Of a DNA stretch of 64,000 nt, positions 12,254-26,642 are shown one piece after another. Made by a program: the position numbers and the translations under genes. The stretch is taken from assembly GCA_964016885.1 (NCBI GenBank), contig OZ024746.1, positions 71,114,001 to 71,178,000 of the forward strand, given 5' to 3'. The notes under the pieces are model-generated. The model was not told the origin of the DNA and did not search any database. It was given only the letters and a program-made list of their open reading frames with translations. Each line of letters starts with the position of its first letter. The first letter of the stretch is position 1. Origin of the DNA: Eledone cirrhosa (taxonomy: Eukaryota).

Positions 12254-13430
12254 ATTATTATTAAAGGACTTATCTGAGTTCAAATCCCGCCGAGGTTGAC
12301 TTTGCCTTTTATCCTTACGGGGTCGATAAAATAAAGTACCAGTAATGCACAGGGTATTTGCTGGCCTTGTGCCTAAAATAGAATCAATTATTATTAAAGG
12401 ACTTGAACATCTGACGGTTATATGGAGTAATTGGGGAACAATTACTTATGTTGAAGGTGAGAGTGTTGACCGTGGATATGTGTGGTAATTGAAGGATATT
12501 TACCTGTAATTGTCGGAGATAGAAGGGGTGGAGTGACTATGGATACGTGTTTTATCAACCTTCCCTAAGTTGGGGAACAGTTTTTTTTTATCATCATCAT
12601 GTGTACTATGTATACTTTATTTTCTTTTTTACCACGATATTTATGTAAACCAACACTTCATGTGACATGTATTTATAATGACTCTTTCATCCAGCGCCCT
12701 TGCAGAGAATATCATTATTATTGACTTTGCCTTTCATCCTTACGGGGTCGATCAAATAAAGTACCAGTAATGAACTGGGTAATTGCTGGCCTTGTGCCTA
12801 AAGTAGAAACAATTATTATTATTGCTCCTCCAGGGGAGGTGGATTGACAGAGTCGTTAGAACGTCAAACAAAATGCTGTATTTGTTCTGGTTCTTTTCAT
12901 TCTGAGTTCAAATCCTGCCGAAGTTAACTTAGTTTTTCATTCCTACGAGATCGATAAAATAAAGTACTAGTCAAGCATTGGGGTCGATATAATCGGCTTT
13001 TCCCTTCCCCAAAATTGCTGGTAGAAATATTTATTATTGGTGTTTTGGCCAGTATAAGTACACTTCCTATTAGACCACAACCCATGGTATAAGATGAGAA
13101 ACACTCTTGTCCTTCTATTAAGGTCCCTCCACCTTCTATTAAGGTCCCTCCAAACTGTTCATAGTGTTTTCATTTTGTGTCAAGGACTTTCCAGGATTGA
13201 CTGAATCGTTAGAGTGTCGGACAGATGTTTTGTGTTATTTGTACCGGCTCTTTATGTTCTGAGTTCAAATCCCATCGAGACTAAATTTCTCTTTTATCCA
13301 TTCTGAGGTCGATAAAATAAAGTACCAGTCAAGTGCTGGGGTCTAGATTACCGACTTTCCCCTTCCTCAAATTGCTGGCCTTGTGCCAATACTAGAAAGA
13401 ATTATTAGCAGCAGCAACATAAAAAAAACT

Positions 13431-13599
13431 GTAGTAGTAGTAGTAGTAGTAGTATTAGTAATAGTAATAGTAGTAGTAGAAGTAGTAGTAATAGTAGTAG
13501 TAGTAGTAGTAGTAATAGTAGTAGTAGTAGTAGTAATAGTAGTAGTATTAATAGTAGTAGTAGTAGCAGTAGTGGTAGCAGTAGTAGAAGTAGTAGTAA

Positions 13600-13635
<36 letters not shown>

Positions 13636-13965
13636 CAGTATTAGTAGTAGCAGCAGTAGTAGTAGTAGTAGTAATAGTAGTGGTAGTAGTAGTAGCAGTA
13701 GTCACTGTAGTAGTAGTAGTAGTAATAGTAGTAGTAGTAGCAGTAGTAATAGTAGTAGTAGAAGTAGTAGTAATAGTAGTAGCAGTAGTAGTAGTAGTAG
13801 TAACTGTAGTAGTAATAGTAGTAATAGTAGTGGTAGTAGTAGTAGTAATAGTAATAGTAGAAGTAGTAGTAATAGTAACAGTAGTAGTAGTGGTAGCAGT
13901 AGTAGCAGCAGCAGCAGCAGCAGTAGCAGTAGTAGTAGTAGTAGTAATAGTAGTGGTAGTGGTGG
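13431..13965. repeat. (GTA)n trinucleotide array
   Basis: Read directly. Confidence 0.95.
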
Positions 13966-14283
13966 TATTTAATAATAATTGTTACATTTCTTTTTAAATT
14001 TTTAACAGGACGGTTTCGTATCAAGTACTCCAGCAGCATCAGCAGCAGCAACAGGACAACCGGTATAAATAGCAGCAGCGCCAGCAGCAACAGGACAACC
14101 GGTATAAATAGCAGCAGCAATAACAGCAGCAACAGCAGCAGCAACAGTAGCAGAAACAGCCAATAGTTGGAAATATATAAAGTTAAAATAGCATTATGGA
14201 ACGAATGTTGCAACAACAACAAAAACAACCATAACAGCTACAAGAGCAACTGCAAGTAATCTCTAAGCATTAAGTACACATAC

Positions 14284-14363
<80 letters not shown>

Positions 14364-14823
14364 GCACACACACACACACATGTATCCACATATATACACA
14401 TATAAAAATTAGATACACATATTCACACGTACAGCCACATATATACTCATATAAACATATATCCACAGACATACACACGCACATATATATACACATATAT
14501 ATCTATATACGTATATACACATATACACGCAAATACACACACACATACATACATATACATATATATATATATATAGTTATATCCACATTTATACACATAT
14601 AGCCACATATAACCGCACATATACTCATATGCATATACATTTACACACATCTCCAATTATTCACGTGTCTGTGCAGCTGCATATAATAAATAATAAAACA
14701 AAGGGAGATAATTATCCTCAAGACTCCCCAAACGGCAGTGAAAATAACAATACTTGGTGATAAAGTCTCTCTTAAGCACAAACTGGAAATATAACAGAGA
14801 GAATACATGCATCCAGTCGGAAA

Positions 14824-14951
14824 ACATTGGTACAACTAGTACATTGGTACAACTAGTACATTGGTACAACTAGTACATTGGTACAACTAGTACATTGGTA
14901 CAACTAGTACATTGGTACAACTAGTACATTGGTACAACTAGTACATTGGTA
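14824..14951. repeat. 17-bp minisatellite (ACATTGGTACAACTAGT), ~7.5 units, ~490 bp upstream of the UNC93 ATG
   Basis: Perfect tandem units. Confidence 0.95.
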
Positions 14952-15439
14952 AAGCTAGTCGGTGCATTGGCTTAGGGATCAAAGAACCAAGGAGTCTGTG
15001 AATATAGCACGACTTCACTCAGATATAAAAACAAACAAACACTGAGCCACCATATTTTTTTGGAAGGAGCTCCATCCGACCCACGAGAGCCCTTGTTATC
15101 CCAAGGAAACGCCTTTCACCTCAAGGGTGTCTCCCTCTCAAACGCCTTACGAGAGCTCCGAAAACCCTCTTGCATTGTGTTGCGAAATTTCATCCGGAGA
15201 ACTGCCCTTCTCACTTGTATTGAACACAAGCCATTTATAACATACTCCCTCCGACTACATGTTTTATTGTAGTCATATATAATGAAAAGAAAAACACGAA
15301 AAAGTTAAACAGAACACGGAGAAGTATTTATCCCCAAGGAACAGTAACAGTGACTAAGCAACGAAACCTCACTCAGGCTCTCGATAGACACCTTGATACC
15401 TTGATACCTGCTCCAACACAATATTAGAAATTCACCAAT

Positions 15440-15684
15440 ATGGAAGCGGATAGCCCTAATCTTACCTATGACCGGTTCTCTGATGATTTGGACGAAAGTA
15501 TCGGAGATTCGTCGTCACACTCAGCGGACATGCGCGGCTGGCGTTCAGTCCCGCTTCTCTCCTCTTCCGAAAGACACCGTTTCCAAAACAACGATGAACT
15601 GGCTGACCACAGATCAAAGTCCATGTCACATTTCCCCCTAGGATTCGAACTTCTACAAACAAGTGATGACATCACCGAAATAAG
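15440..15684 (+). CDS. UNC93A: UNC93A-like gene, coding exon 1 (hydrophilic N-terminal tail, MEADSPNLTY...)
   Basis: Non-repetitive ORF from ATG 15440. Donor AAG|GTCAGT at 15684/15685. The 245 nt (phase 2) join the acceptor at 22655 in frame (AG+A=Arg, then CESYANPLRPFKNLMVV). No homology recognisable by eye for this exon; assignment rests on splice signals and phase. Confidence 0.7.
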
Positions 15685-15707
15685 GTCAGTTAATCCAATA
15701 TAGTCGC

Positions 15708-15774
<67 letters not shown>

Positions 15775-15821
15775 AGTTTCTCTTTGCCTGTCACTTATGT
15801 TTATACCCCCCCCCCCCTCTC

Positions 15822-15867
<46 letters not shown>

Positions 15868-16020
15868 TCCGAATAAGCTGTCTAAACGTATGTTATTACT
15901 CTAAGGACATACCCTTATTGAGTGCTTTGCTACTCATTCCTATTTATAGGTCGACTTTGCTTGGCCGCAGCCAAAGCTTCGATTTTACTAAGCTTCCACT
16001 TGTATATATATATATATACA

Positions 16021-16114
<94 letters not shown>

Positions 16115-17346
16115 GGCTTTTTGTTGACCCCTGTATCTATGTTATAGTGTTGTTTCATATGCTTATTATAAGCAGTCGTGCAACCTGGGCACAATATTAA
16201 CCAATACCGCCCTTATACACATATCCTGTTGCACTTGGAGTGGCTGATGAGGAAGTTAGATGCTTTTGTTCATTTGTCTTAGGTATTACGGTTTTGACTA
16301 CATATAAGTATGTAATAAGGCGGCGAATTGGCAGAGTCGTTATAACGTCGGAACGTTTCGACACTCTGCTCTCTAAGTTCAAACCCCACCGAGGTCAACT
16401 TTGTCTTTTATCCATTCGAGGTCAATAAATAAAAAAAAATACCAGTCTAGTACTTGGGTCGGTTCTTCCTCTATATCTCTTTCTCACTTCCTCTGGACGA
16501 AATCACTCTCTCTTTCCTCCTCTGGACGAAATCTACTGTGTTCAAACTTGGAGAAACGCGGTATATCACTCGGCGCCCCCACGATTCTCTCGTGAGTTAC
16601 AGAACTATATGCATGTATGTAATGATGGTTTCTGATCTAGGCGCAAGGGAGGGGAACGTCTGGTACTTTATTTCATTGACTTCGTAAGGCTGAAAGGTAA
16701 AACTAATCTCGGCGGGATTTGAACTCAGAACGTAAAGGGACAAAACGTGTCCAATACTCTATCGATATTGCCAATCCATCGCCCTGTACATGTATATAAT
16801 TATAAATAATAAATCCAGTCTTATGCGCGTTTCTACAAATGAAAAATAAAAAAAAAGAAACAATGCTTAAACTAATCCTATCCTTACACTTTATTTCACT
16901 TGAGAAGAAACGCGCGGAAGAATAATTGTTTCTTATATAGGCACAAGGCCAGCAATTTTGGGGGAGAGGAAAGTCGATTAAATCGACCCCAGTGCGTGAA
17001 TGGTACTTTATTTTATCGACCCCGTAAGGATGAAAGGCAAAGTTTGAACCTAGATCATAAAGAGCCGTAATTCTATGCTGCAAAACATGGCGTCCGACTC
17101 TCTAGCGATACTGCCAATCCACCGCCTTCACATACTGAAGAATAATGAAACATGTTTTAAATTCCGTCTGAACACTTTGATTTATTATTTATTATTATTT
17201 ATGCTATGTCTTGTGCCTAAATCAGAAACTATTATTCATGCTATGTGACCTTACAGTCTTACAATGTTTTGGAATAAGTTACTCTATGGATTATACTTTG
17301 GAAGAAACCGTTTGTTCTATTTGCGGGAAATAGAAATACATTGAGC

Positions 17347-17387
17347 TTGAAACTTTCCTGGTATAAGTTAACCACATTTGATCTCTT

Positions 17388-17433
<46 letters not shown>

Positions 17434-17463
17434 AAACTTTCCTGGCATAAGTTAACCACATTT

Positions 17464-17516
<53 letters not shown>

Positions 17517-17548
17517 TGAAACTTTCCTGGCATAAGTTAACCACATTT

Positions 17549-17591
<43 letters not shown>

Positions 17592-17641
17592 AGCTTGAGC
17601 TTGAGCTTGAAACTTTCCTGGCATAAGTTAACCACATTTGA

Positions 17642-17674
<33 letters not shown>

Positions 17675-17705
17675 TTTCCTGGCATAAGTTAACCACATTT
17701 GATCT

Positions 17706-17736
<31 letters not shown>

Positions 17737-17775
17737 TGAAACTTTCCTGGCATAAGTTAACCACATTTGATCTCT

Positions 17776-17820
<45 letters not shown>

Positions 17821-17913
17821 TTTCCTGGCATAAGTTAACCACATTTGATCTCCCCCCCCTCTCTCTCTCTCTCTCTTGAAACTTTCCTGGCATAAGTTAA
17901 CCACATTTGATCT

Positions 17914-17944
<31 letters not shown>
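17347..17944. repeat. Eight ~36-bp units (GAAACTTTCCTGGCATAAGTTAACCACATTTGATC) separated by variable (CT)n
   Basis: Units counted directly; an inverted single copy lies at 19861-19935. Confidence 0.92.
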
Positions 17945-17948
<4 letters not shown>

Positions 17949-18136
17949 CGAGTAGGAGCCTGACGGCTGAGCTCAAGCCGTTTCGACGGCTAATTCTGGA
18001 CTAAAAATAGTTTTTTAGTCCAGAATTAGCCGTCGAAACGGCTTGAGCTCAGCCGTCGGGGTCCTACTCTACTACCCTAAGTATTGAGTACTTTGGTGTG
18101 TTATGGTCCACCTGGTTCCTTACCACATTTCCTTCG

Positions 18137-18190
<54 letters not shown>

Positions 18191-19183
18191 GGGTAAATAC
18201 CTCCTTCGGTCACAAATGATTATGGAATTTGCACCTAGAAAGTTCCCCTCCGAGGCACAAGTCCGGGCAAGTTTGTTTGTGGAAGGCCAGCAATCGCCCA
18301 TGCACACCAGTTTCCCCTCACCAAAGGAAAGGCAACAGAAAGGCCGCTCACAATCCAGATGACTATAATAGTCAAGCACTATATATATAATGGAAAACAT
18401 TAGGTAAAGTACTCGAAGGAAAAAGAAAACAAAAATTGACGCGTTTGTCCACTTTTTTCATAATTTACTAGATATTTTCTCTTCTATTATTCAACTATTA
18501 TTAGACATTAGGATCGGTAAAAGCGTGGGACAACACGCTTTGTGACATTGAGTAAGGTCCCTTTACGTTCTGAGTTCAAATCCCGCCGAGGTTAGCTTTG
18601 CCTTTCATCTTTACGGAGGTCGATAAAATAAAGTACCAGTAACGTACTGGTTCGATGTAATCGACTTTCTTCTCCCCCTTCAAATTGCTGGCCTTGTGCC
18701 TAAATCAGAAACCATTATTATAGTCATCTGCGTTGGAATAACTATATAAAAAACTTTCCCAATGTCACTGGATGTTAATATATATATCTACACACACACA
18801 CACATACACACACACACACATATATATATATATGTATATATACATATATATATACATATATATTGTAAATATTGGTCAATCACGGCAAATATATTTTCAG
18901 ACAAAATCTAAGAAGATGGCTTTTAACAGTTGTTGGGTGAGGCTATGTCGATAAAACATATGCAAACAGTGTGAATTGAAAATAGAATACGTCTATTTAT
19001 TTTTACTCTGGATTTAATTAAGTCACTGCTAGATGAAACCATACAAATGTATATTCACTTCGTCAGCAAGCGACAAAGTAAACCGCAGAGAGACTTGTTC
19101 AATATAAACTCGTTGATATACATATGCACGGCTGGATTAAACCAAAACACCAAGTGTATTGTAAACGAAGCTGATACACACAC

Positions 19184-19368
<185 letters not shown>

Positions 19369-19547
19369 CACGCACACACACGCACACACACACACACACA
19401 CACACACGCACGCACACACACACACATACACACATACACACATACACACATACACACATATATATATATATATCAAAGTAAAAGGAAAGCAAACACGAAA
19501 AAGTCTTACTAATTTAAACCTTTTACAGAAAGGAAAAAATGTTTCAA

Positions 19548-19590
<43 letters not shown>

Positions 19591-20444
19591 GCCAGGTGAT
19601 GCAGAGTTATTGTTTACGGAGACATATCCGGGTGTAGGAGGTTTATCCGGGATTTCTTGAAGGAATTTGTCTAAAGACTTTTAGAATTTTATGAGATCTA
19701 TTTCTGTTTTAATGTGTTATGGTGTAATGTTAAAGAGAGCGGGACCAGTTGAGGTGAAATAATTGTGCTGTAATGTTGTTATGAAATGTGTGTTTGATTT
19801 TTGTTGTGGGTGGATAGCACGGTAGCCAAGACTTAAGTGTACTTTAAAGATGATGCCAGCATCAAATGTGGTTAACTTATGCCAGGAAAGTTTCAAGCTC
19901 AATGTATTTCTATTTCCCGCAAATAGAACAAACGGGTGATGCTGATGGAATATTTTCCACATCATGTAGATAATGTAGCGCTCACGGCGACTCACGGCTC
20001 ATGATCGTGAGTTCGATTCCCGGACCAGGCTACACGATGTGTCCTTGAGCAAGACACTTTATTTCACGTTGATTCAGTCTACTTTAGTTGGCAAAAATGA
20101 GTTGTATTTGTAAATCAAGGGGCCACAATTGTCAATCAGTGTATCACGCATAATCTCCCAGAGAACAATTTTAAGGGGACGCATGTCTGTGGAATACTCG
20201 GCTGCTTACATGTTAATTTCAGGAAGAGGAAGTTGTGTTGATTGAATCAACTGGAGCACACTTCCTCGGAAACGACGGAGGTCCAACAGCAAGAACACAC
20301 ACGCACACACACACACACACACGCACACGCACACGCACACATACACACACACAAATGTATATATTATGTATATACACGTAATAGCATATATATATATATA
20401 TATCAATGATATTAATAAATGGAAACTATGAAATATCCCTTTTG

Positions 20445-20497
<53 letters not shown>

Positions 20498-20511
20498 TCA
20501 CACGCAAATAT

Positions 20512-20563
<52 letters not shown>

Positions 20564-20585
20564 TATATATATACACGTAATAGCA

Positions 20586-20668
<83 letters not shown>

Positions 20669-20973
20669 TCATATACATGCTGAGACATCAAAGAGCAGCT
20701 ACAAAACTAGACAGCGCTGGAATAATTAGTATCCAAATCTGTGCCAAATGTTCTGACTTCCAATATTAAAGTCTGACCTCCAATATATATAACTACGTCA
20801 TTTTTTATAAATAGAAAACACTACAACAGCAACATGATTTATAAATCTAAACAAAACAAAAAAAAAAAAATCATTTTATAACAATATAAGTAATAAAGCA
20901 TAATAGATCTCAACCCCACCTCTCCGTGCATCCAACCATAACCCATCACCAACACGCAAACTATAATAATGAT

Positions 20974-21044
<71 letters not shown>

Positions 21045-21050
<6 letters not shown>

Positions 21051-21129
21051 GTCGTCAAGTATGAAATTTGTAGAAATTTGTATAAAAAAAAACAAATTTT
21101 TACAAATTTCATACTTGACCACCCAATAT
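21045..21129. repeat. ~85-bp palindrome between (TA)n runs
   Basis: TATTGGGTCGTCAAGTATGAAATTTGTA / TACAAATTTCATACTTGACCACCCAATA. Confidence 0.8.
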
Positions 21130-21208
21130 ATATATATATATATAATGATAATAATAATAAGAGACGGGTAGATAGGAGTATGATGAATCAAATTACAATA
21201 AAAGCTAT

Positions 21209-22110
21209 ATGTCGTCATACCAAATATCAAGGCAGAGGACACAATGCAAACAAGGGGTCTTATCCGTCAGCCACTCCACTACCAGAGGCTGTGTGCAATT
21301 TAGGCCTAAACAAATGTACGTGGATTTCCAGCAGCATTTTATTGAACTTTTTGCGAAGAGCGGTGGATTAGTTTCAAGAGACTTTAGTTCGTACCTCAAC
21401 AGTCTGCCGCAAGGCGGAGTATTGTATTGCGAAAAACCAATCTCAGCAGATAAAATAGCAAAGGTGCTGAGCCAGTGTATAGAATACAAATTGCCCGGAT
21501 TAGATGGTCAACCCTATAAGTTCTACCTCTACATGCCGTACTTGTTCACTAGTCTTGGCTGCTTTTTGACGCAGCTGGTAGCAGACTGTGAGGCAGGGAA
21601 TGGTGACATTGCAAAGGAAGGAACCGAACAACGGGCAAAGGTACTTGCCAAGAGGCTGGCGCTTGTCATCTCTCCGAGATGCACACAGGACGACAAAACT
21701 GTCATCTATACTATCACCCAGTGTCCGGGCATTGCAGATTTGTGGTCTTGTATCGAACTACTGCTATCACGTGTAGGACAGATGCAGCTATCAACCGTGT
21801 CTATAGTGAAGATTGAACTACTACCTATTTTAGAAAGGAGAAGCGACAAGCTCTCCTCTGCCAGGTAGCTATGACGAAGGAAACTCTATGGTGGACTCAT
21901 CTAAAAACTTCATCTCCGCTGAAATTTACAACTTCTTCAAATTAAACTTGAAGAGTAAGGGGAGGTTAGAGCGAGATATTTTATCCTTTAGTGTGTTACA
22001 TGAAATATCGGTGAGAGGGACAAGACTGATGAGGTTGAATAGGTCTACTATGACAATGCTTTTCTAAACAGGAGAAACTAAACAGGAAGAGGGTATATTC
22101 AATACCCGTG
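21209..22110 (+). mobile_element. Degenerate L1/Tx1-like LINE fragment in UNC93 intron 1
   Basis: YLNSLP...PISADKIAKVL...KLPGLDGQPYKFY resembles the pre-RT KxPGxDGxPxEFY motif. Internally deleted. Confidence 0.55.
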
Positions 22111-22654
22111 AGATAACAGAGTAATTCAAGGTTTTGTGTGGAATTCTCTGGAATTACTCTAAAGTGTAGTTCCACATTCCTATTGGGAAATTGGTCGTAG
22201 TTGACATTTGTTATTGTGTTCTATTGTTATCATTATCTAAAAAAAGAATTCATGTATTGTTATATCTACTCTTTACACTTCGGTGATGTCTCCTTTACTT
22301 TAATAGATGTAAACTGTGGGTTATTATTTTCCTTGTATTGTCACCAGAGTCTTGGATCTTTGTAGCCAAGAAAAGAAATTATTATTATCATTACCAAAGG
22401 CGGTGGGTTGGCAGTATCGGTAGAGCGCCGGACAATATGCTTTGCGGCATAGAATTACGGCCCTTTACGTTCTGAATTCAAATCCCGCCGAGCTTAACTT
22501 TGCCTTTTATCCTTACGGGGTCGATAAAATAAAGTACCAGTAACTTACTGGGGTCGATTTAATCGACTTTCCTCCCCCCAAATTGCTGGCCTTGTGCCTA
22601 TATTAGAAATCATTATTATTATTATTGTTATTACTTTTATCTATTTCTTTCCAG

Positions 22655-23384
22655 ATGTGAATCCTATGCGAACCCACTTCGCCCGTTTAAAAACTTAATG
22701 GTGGTCTGCGTCGGTCACATGTTGTTCAGTATAGCCTACATCTCTCTTCGTAACCTTCAAAGCAGTATCAACCACGAGAAAGGTCTGGGTATCACCTCAC
22801 TGGCGTGCATCTATGGAGGATTCGTTTTCGGATGTCTGTTTACTACAGCAATTGTGCACCGCTTCGGACCGAAGTTCACCCTGATCACCACCATCTTGTT
22901 TCATGTGGCATTCTCTCTAGCAAATGCTTTCCCGTCCTTCTACTCAATGGTGCCGGCTTCGGCAATCGCTGGCATCAGCCAGGCCGCCATGTGGACTGCA
23001 CTGGGGACCTACATCACCCACATCGCCAAAGTGGCCGCACAACTACGGAACAAATCCAGTGAAGCCATAATTGGCCGTTACTTCGGAATGTTCTTTGTCT
23101 TTGACGCCATTGCTCGCGTTGTGGGTTCCTTAGTGACGTCAGTTGTCATGGAATTCGCCCCAATGATTGACAACGCCAATAGCAACAACAACAGTAGTAG
23201 TAATAGTAGTATTAGTAGCAGTAGCAACAGTAGTAACATAACAGACTTCCAAATAAGCAGTGGCCTTTACCACATCGATCAGCTACAACATCCGTCCAAA
23301 TTCATAGCCACGCCTACAATGACGACGCCCACGCCCACATCCCCATCCACACTTACGACGTACGATCTGTTTGCATCATCTGTG

Positions 23385-23444
<60 letters not shown>

Positions 23445-24155
23445 CTATTATCACCAAAAACAATATTAACATCGCCTTCTCAATCATCATCATTATCATC
23501 ATCATCATCATCATCATCATCTTCATCATCATCACCATCACCATCACCATCATTATCCACATCATCGTATTTTGTACCAGGCACCTCAATCTCATCTTCA
23601 TTATCATCAACACCAATTTCATCATTATCTTCAATGGCAGCAACATCAGTAATATCACCACTACAATCAAATTCAACAGCATCTTCACCAACATCACCGT
23701 CATCATCAACAACAACAACAACAACAGCAGCAGCATTATCAGCGGCATCATCATCATCATCAACTGCATTAACAACAGCAACAATTTCAACATCATTAAC
23801 AGATGTTAACTCTACAGTTGACAGTAAAATGTTCTTTACCGTCCAAGAAGACATATGTGGACCGAAATATTGCCACTACGCTTGGCCTGGCCATGGCAAC
23901 TTCACCATAAGTCCCAATATCCGTTTCCTGTTGGTCGCCATTTTCTGTATATGTCTTCTTATGTCCGTCCTGCTAATTGCTGTCTATCTCGATTCCATCT
24001 ACCTATCCCGAAAGTTTGACCCGGACGAAGATTCATTCAGCACAGATCTTGCCTCAACCATTCGGCTATGGACCGAACCCAACTGGTTACTACTCACTCC
24101 ATTGATTGTTTACTGTGGGATACTTATATCTTTCATCTCAGCAGACGTTACTAAG
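22655..24155 (+). CDS. UNC93A: UNC93A-like MFS membrane protein, coding exon 2 (N-terminal TM bundle, Ser/Thr-rich loop, CGPKYC motif, following TMs)
   Basis: Acceptor ttctttccag|22655, donor AAG|GTAAC at 24155. Translation KNLMVVCVGHMLFSIAYISLRNLQSSINHEKGLG...GPKFTL...AAMWTALGTYIT...YFGMFF...CGPKYC...LLLTPLIVYCGILISFISADVTK matches UNC-93 family hallmark motifs. Confidence 0.93.
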
Positions 24156-25447
24156 GTAACCTAGTTTCTTTTGAAGTGTGTGTGTGTATCTTTGTCACTG
24201 TGTCTTTTGTTGTTGTTGTTGTTGTTGCTTATTCCCCGGTCAAATCTGGTTAAGCAGAATTAGGATCGGATACGTTCCAACCATGAACACATCGTTTTTT
24301 AAATTTTTATTTCTCAGAAATAGTGTACCCCAGCTTACATTTCTTTTTTTTTGAAAAAGGGACCCTAACCCCGAAATTCCGAAATATCAAAATACGAAAT
24401 ATAAGGTAAAAGTGTAAACTATTTTTTTTTTTGCTGTTCATTAATCTAGTTTTCACTCTTGCATTTTTAACTTGCATTGTATTGGCTTTCCCAAAACCAC
24501 CTTATCGACATATTTTACAATATTTCACATAAACAATACTAATTTATACGTTTTGTATGTTGTTAATATTTAATTCATGATAATTTTTGACATTATAATT
24601 TTGACGGCATGATGTGCCACTTTCTTTGATAGAAAACCAACTCCCCACCCCCCAAAAACCCAACAAAAACAAAAGCAAACAAACAAAAAAAAAACATAAA
24701 CCATGAACCACTCCAAATAAAATATCTTTAATGAATAATTAATCAATTAAATGTTGTCTATTAACATATCTTATTAATTAAATGTCAGAAATGGATGTCC
24801 AGTATAGTGTGGTGGGCATAGCTAGCGAAGAATCTCTACACAAACCAGCGGAGGCTCTACATGATTGACCGGCATGCTAGAAATAGCTGCCAGATATCCC
24901 CAAATACAATTATTAAAAAGTTACTTAATATTTTACATAAGCACTACGCTCGAAATGTGTGCACGCCAATGGAGGTGGAAAGTGTTAATAAATAAACCAA
25001 TTCCTGTGTGTGTGTGTGTGTGCGTGTGTGCGTGTGAGTAAGTATGTGTGTGTGTAAGTGTATGTGTGTGTGTGCCTGTGTGTGCACGAGTTTCCGTATA
25101 TGTGTTTATGCCTCGTAACATAGCGGTTTGACGAATAGAGATCGATAAAATAAGTACCTAGGGTCGATATGATCGATTCAAACATACCTTGACGGCAATG
25201 TTCGAGCATGGTTGCAGTCAAATGACTGAAAAATATAAAAGAATAAAATAGTATATCTTCATCAACATCGTTTGTATGACCACTTTCCCATGCTAGCATG
25301 GGATGGACAGGATGATGTGAGACAATGTTTTACAGCCCGATGCCCTTCCGGACGCCAACCCTTTTAGTTGCATTTTGTGGCATGCAAGGATATGGTGTAA
25401 TTATTCTAAAAGCCGGGATACAGATACACACACACAGACACACACAC

Positions 25448-25587
<140 letters not shown>

Positions 25588-25797
25588 ACACACACACACA
25601 CACGCGCGCGCGCGCATATACAAACATACACACACAGAGACAAAACGCGCATATATAGACATATGTGTACATGCATACATATACACATCTATGTATGTAT
25701 GTATGTATGTATGTTTATCTTTCTTTTAATTTCGAGTACATTTTTGACCGGCCATCTTTGAAACTGTACCAATCATACATACATATATATATATATG

Positions 25798-25920
<123 letters not shown>

Positions 25921-25937
25921 GTGTGTGTGTGAATGAT

Positions 25938-26340
25938 TAACTCACTCGATATGCAAATTAGGCTGCTCAGCCGTTAATATGCATAAGGAAAGTATATACT
26001 TTCAGACGTTCAATCATCTGGCAGGAAGGTATACGGTGCTGACGATAGCTAATAAGCTTGAAACTAGTACATCGTTCCTTTGTCAGTGTTGAACAAAAGG
26101 GCAACGATGGTTGCTAAACACTGTACGGCTTAATTCGGGATGTTTGTTTACAATCACACCGAGCATTATAATAAATGTTCGGTATATCCATGCGTACATA
26201 TATATATGTGTGCATGTATGTATATATATATATACATACTACTGTACGTCTGTATACATATATGTATGTACGTATACATACTTATATTTAAGTAACAGCC
26301 GTACTAAGAGTGAGAAATGAAATTTCGTTTCATTTTTTCC

Positions 26341-26345
<5 letters not shown>
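25938..26345. mobile_element. MITE-like TA-associated element with ~90-bp TIRs (copies at 28644-28700, 28845-29325 and 41280-41788)
   Basis: Shared internal sequence CACTCGATATGCAAATT..., TIR AAACGGAAAAAATGAAACGAAATTTCATTTC... Confidence 0.75.
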
Positions 26346-26396
<51 letters not shown>

Positions 26397-26589
26397 TATT
26401 TTCCGTAGTGTTGTAATATAAATATTACACACAGTAGATGGACAGCTCACGTAGAGTTTGCTCGACGGTTCCAGTTGTAGTTCCAAAAGTAATCCGGAGA
26501 AAAATAGAAGGATTTTAATGGATACAGTTTAGTTAAAAGTGTATAGTTGATGTGTATAGTTAGATGTAAGTGTATTCATGTATTAAAGT

Positions 26590-26642
<53 letters not shown>

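Larger units (their letters stand above)
10292..12414. mobile_element. Penelope pLTR-like or retrozyme-like non-autonomous element: one inverted and two tandem HHR-bearing repeats, interrupted by SINEs
   Basis: Repeat block at 10292-10908 (-), 11518-11685 (+) and 12088-12414 (+), each carrying a family A HHR. No coding ORF seen. Confidence 0.65.

Noticed and set aside
17347-17944. CRISPR-like repeat-spacer array
   Set aside because: Spacers are (CT)n microsatellite, the context is eukaryotic, and there are no cas genes.
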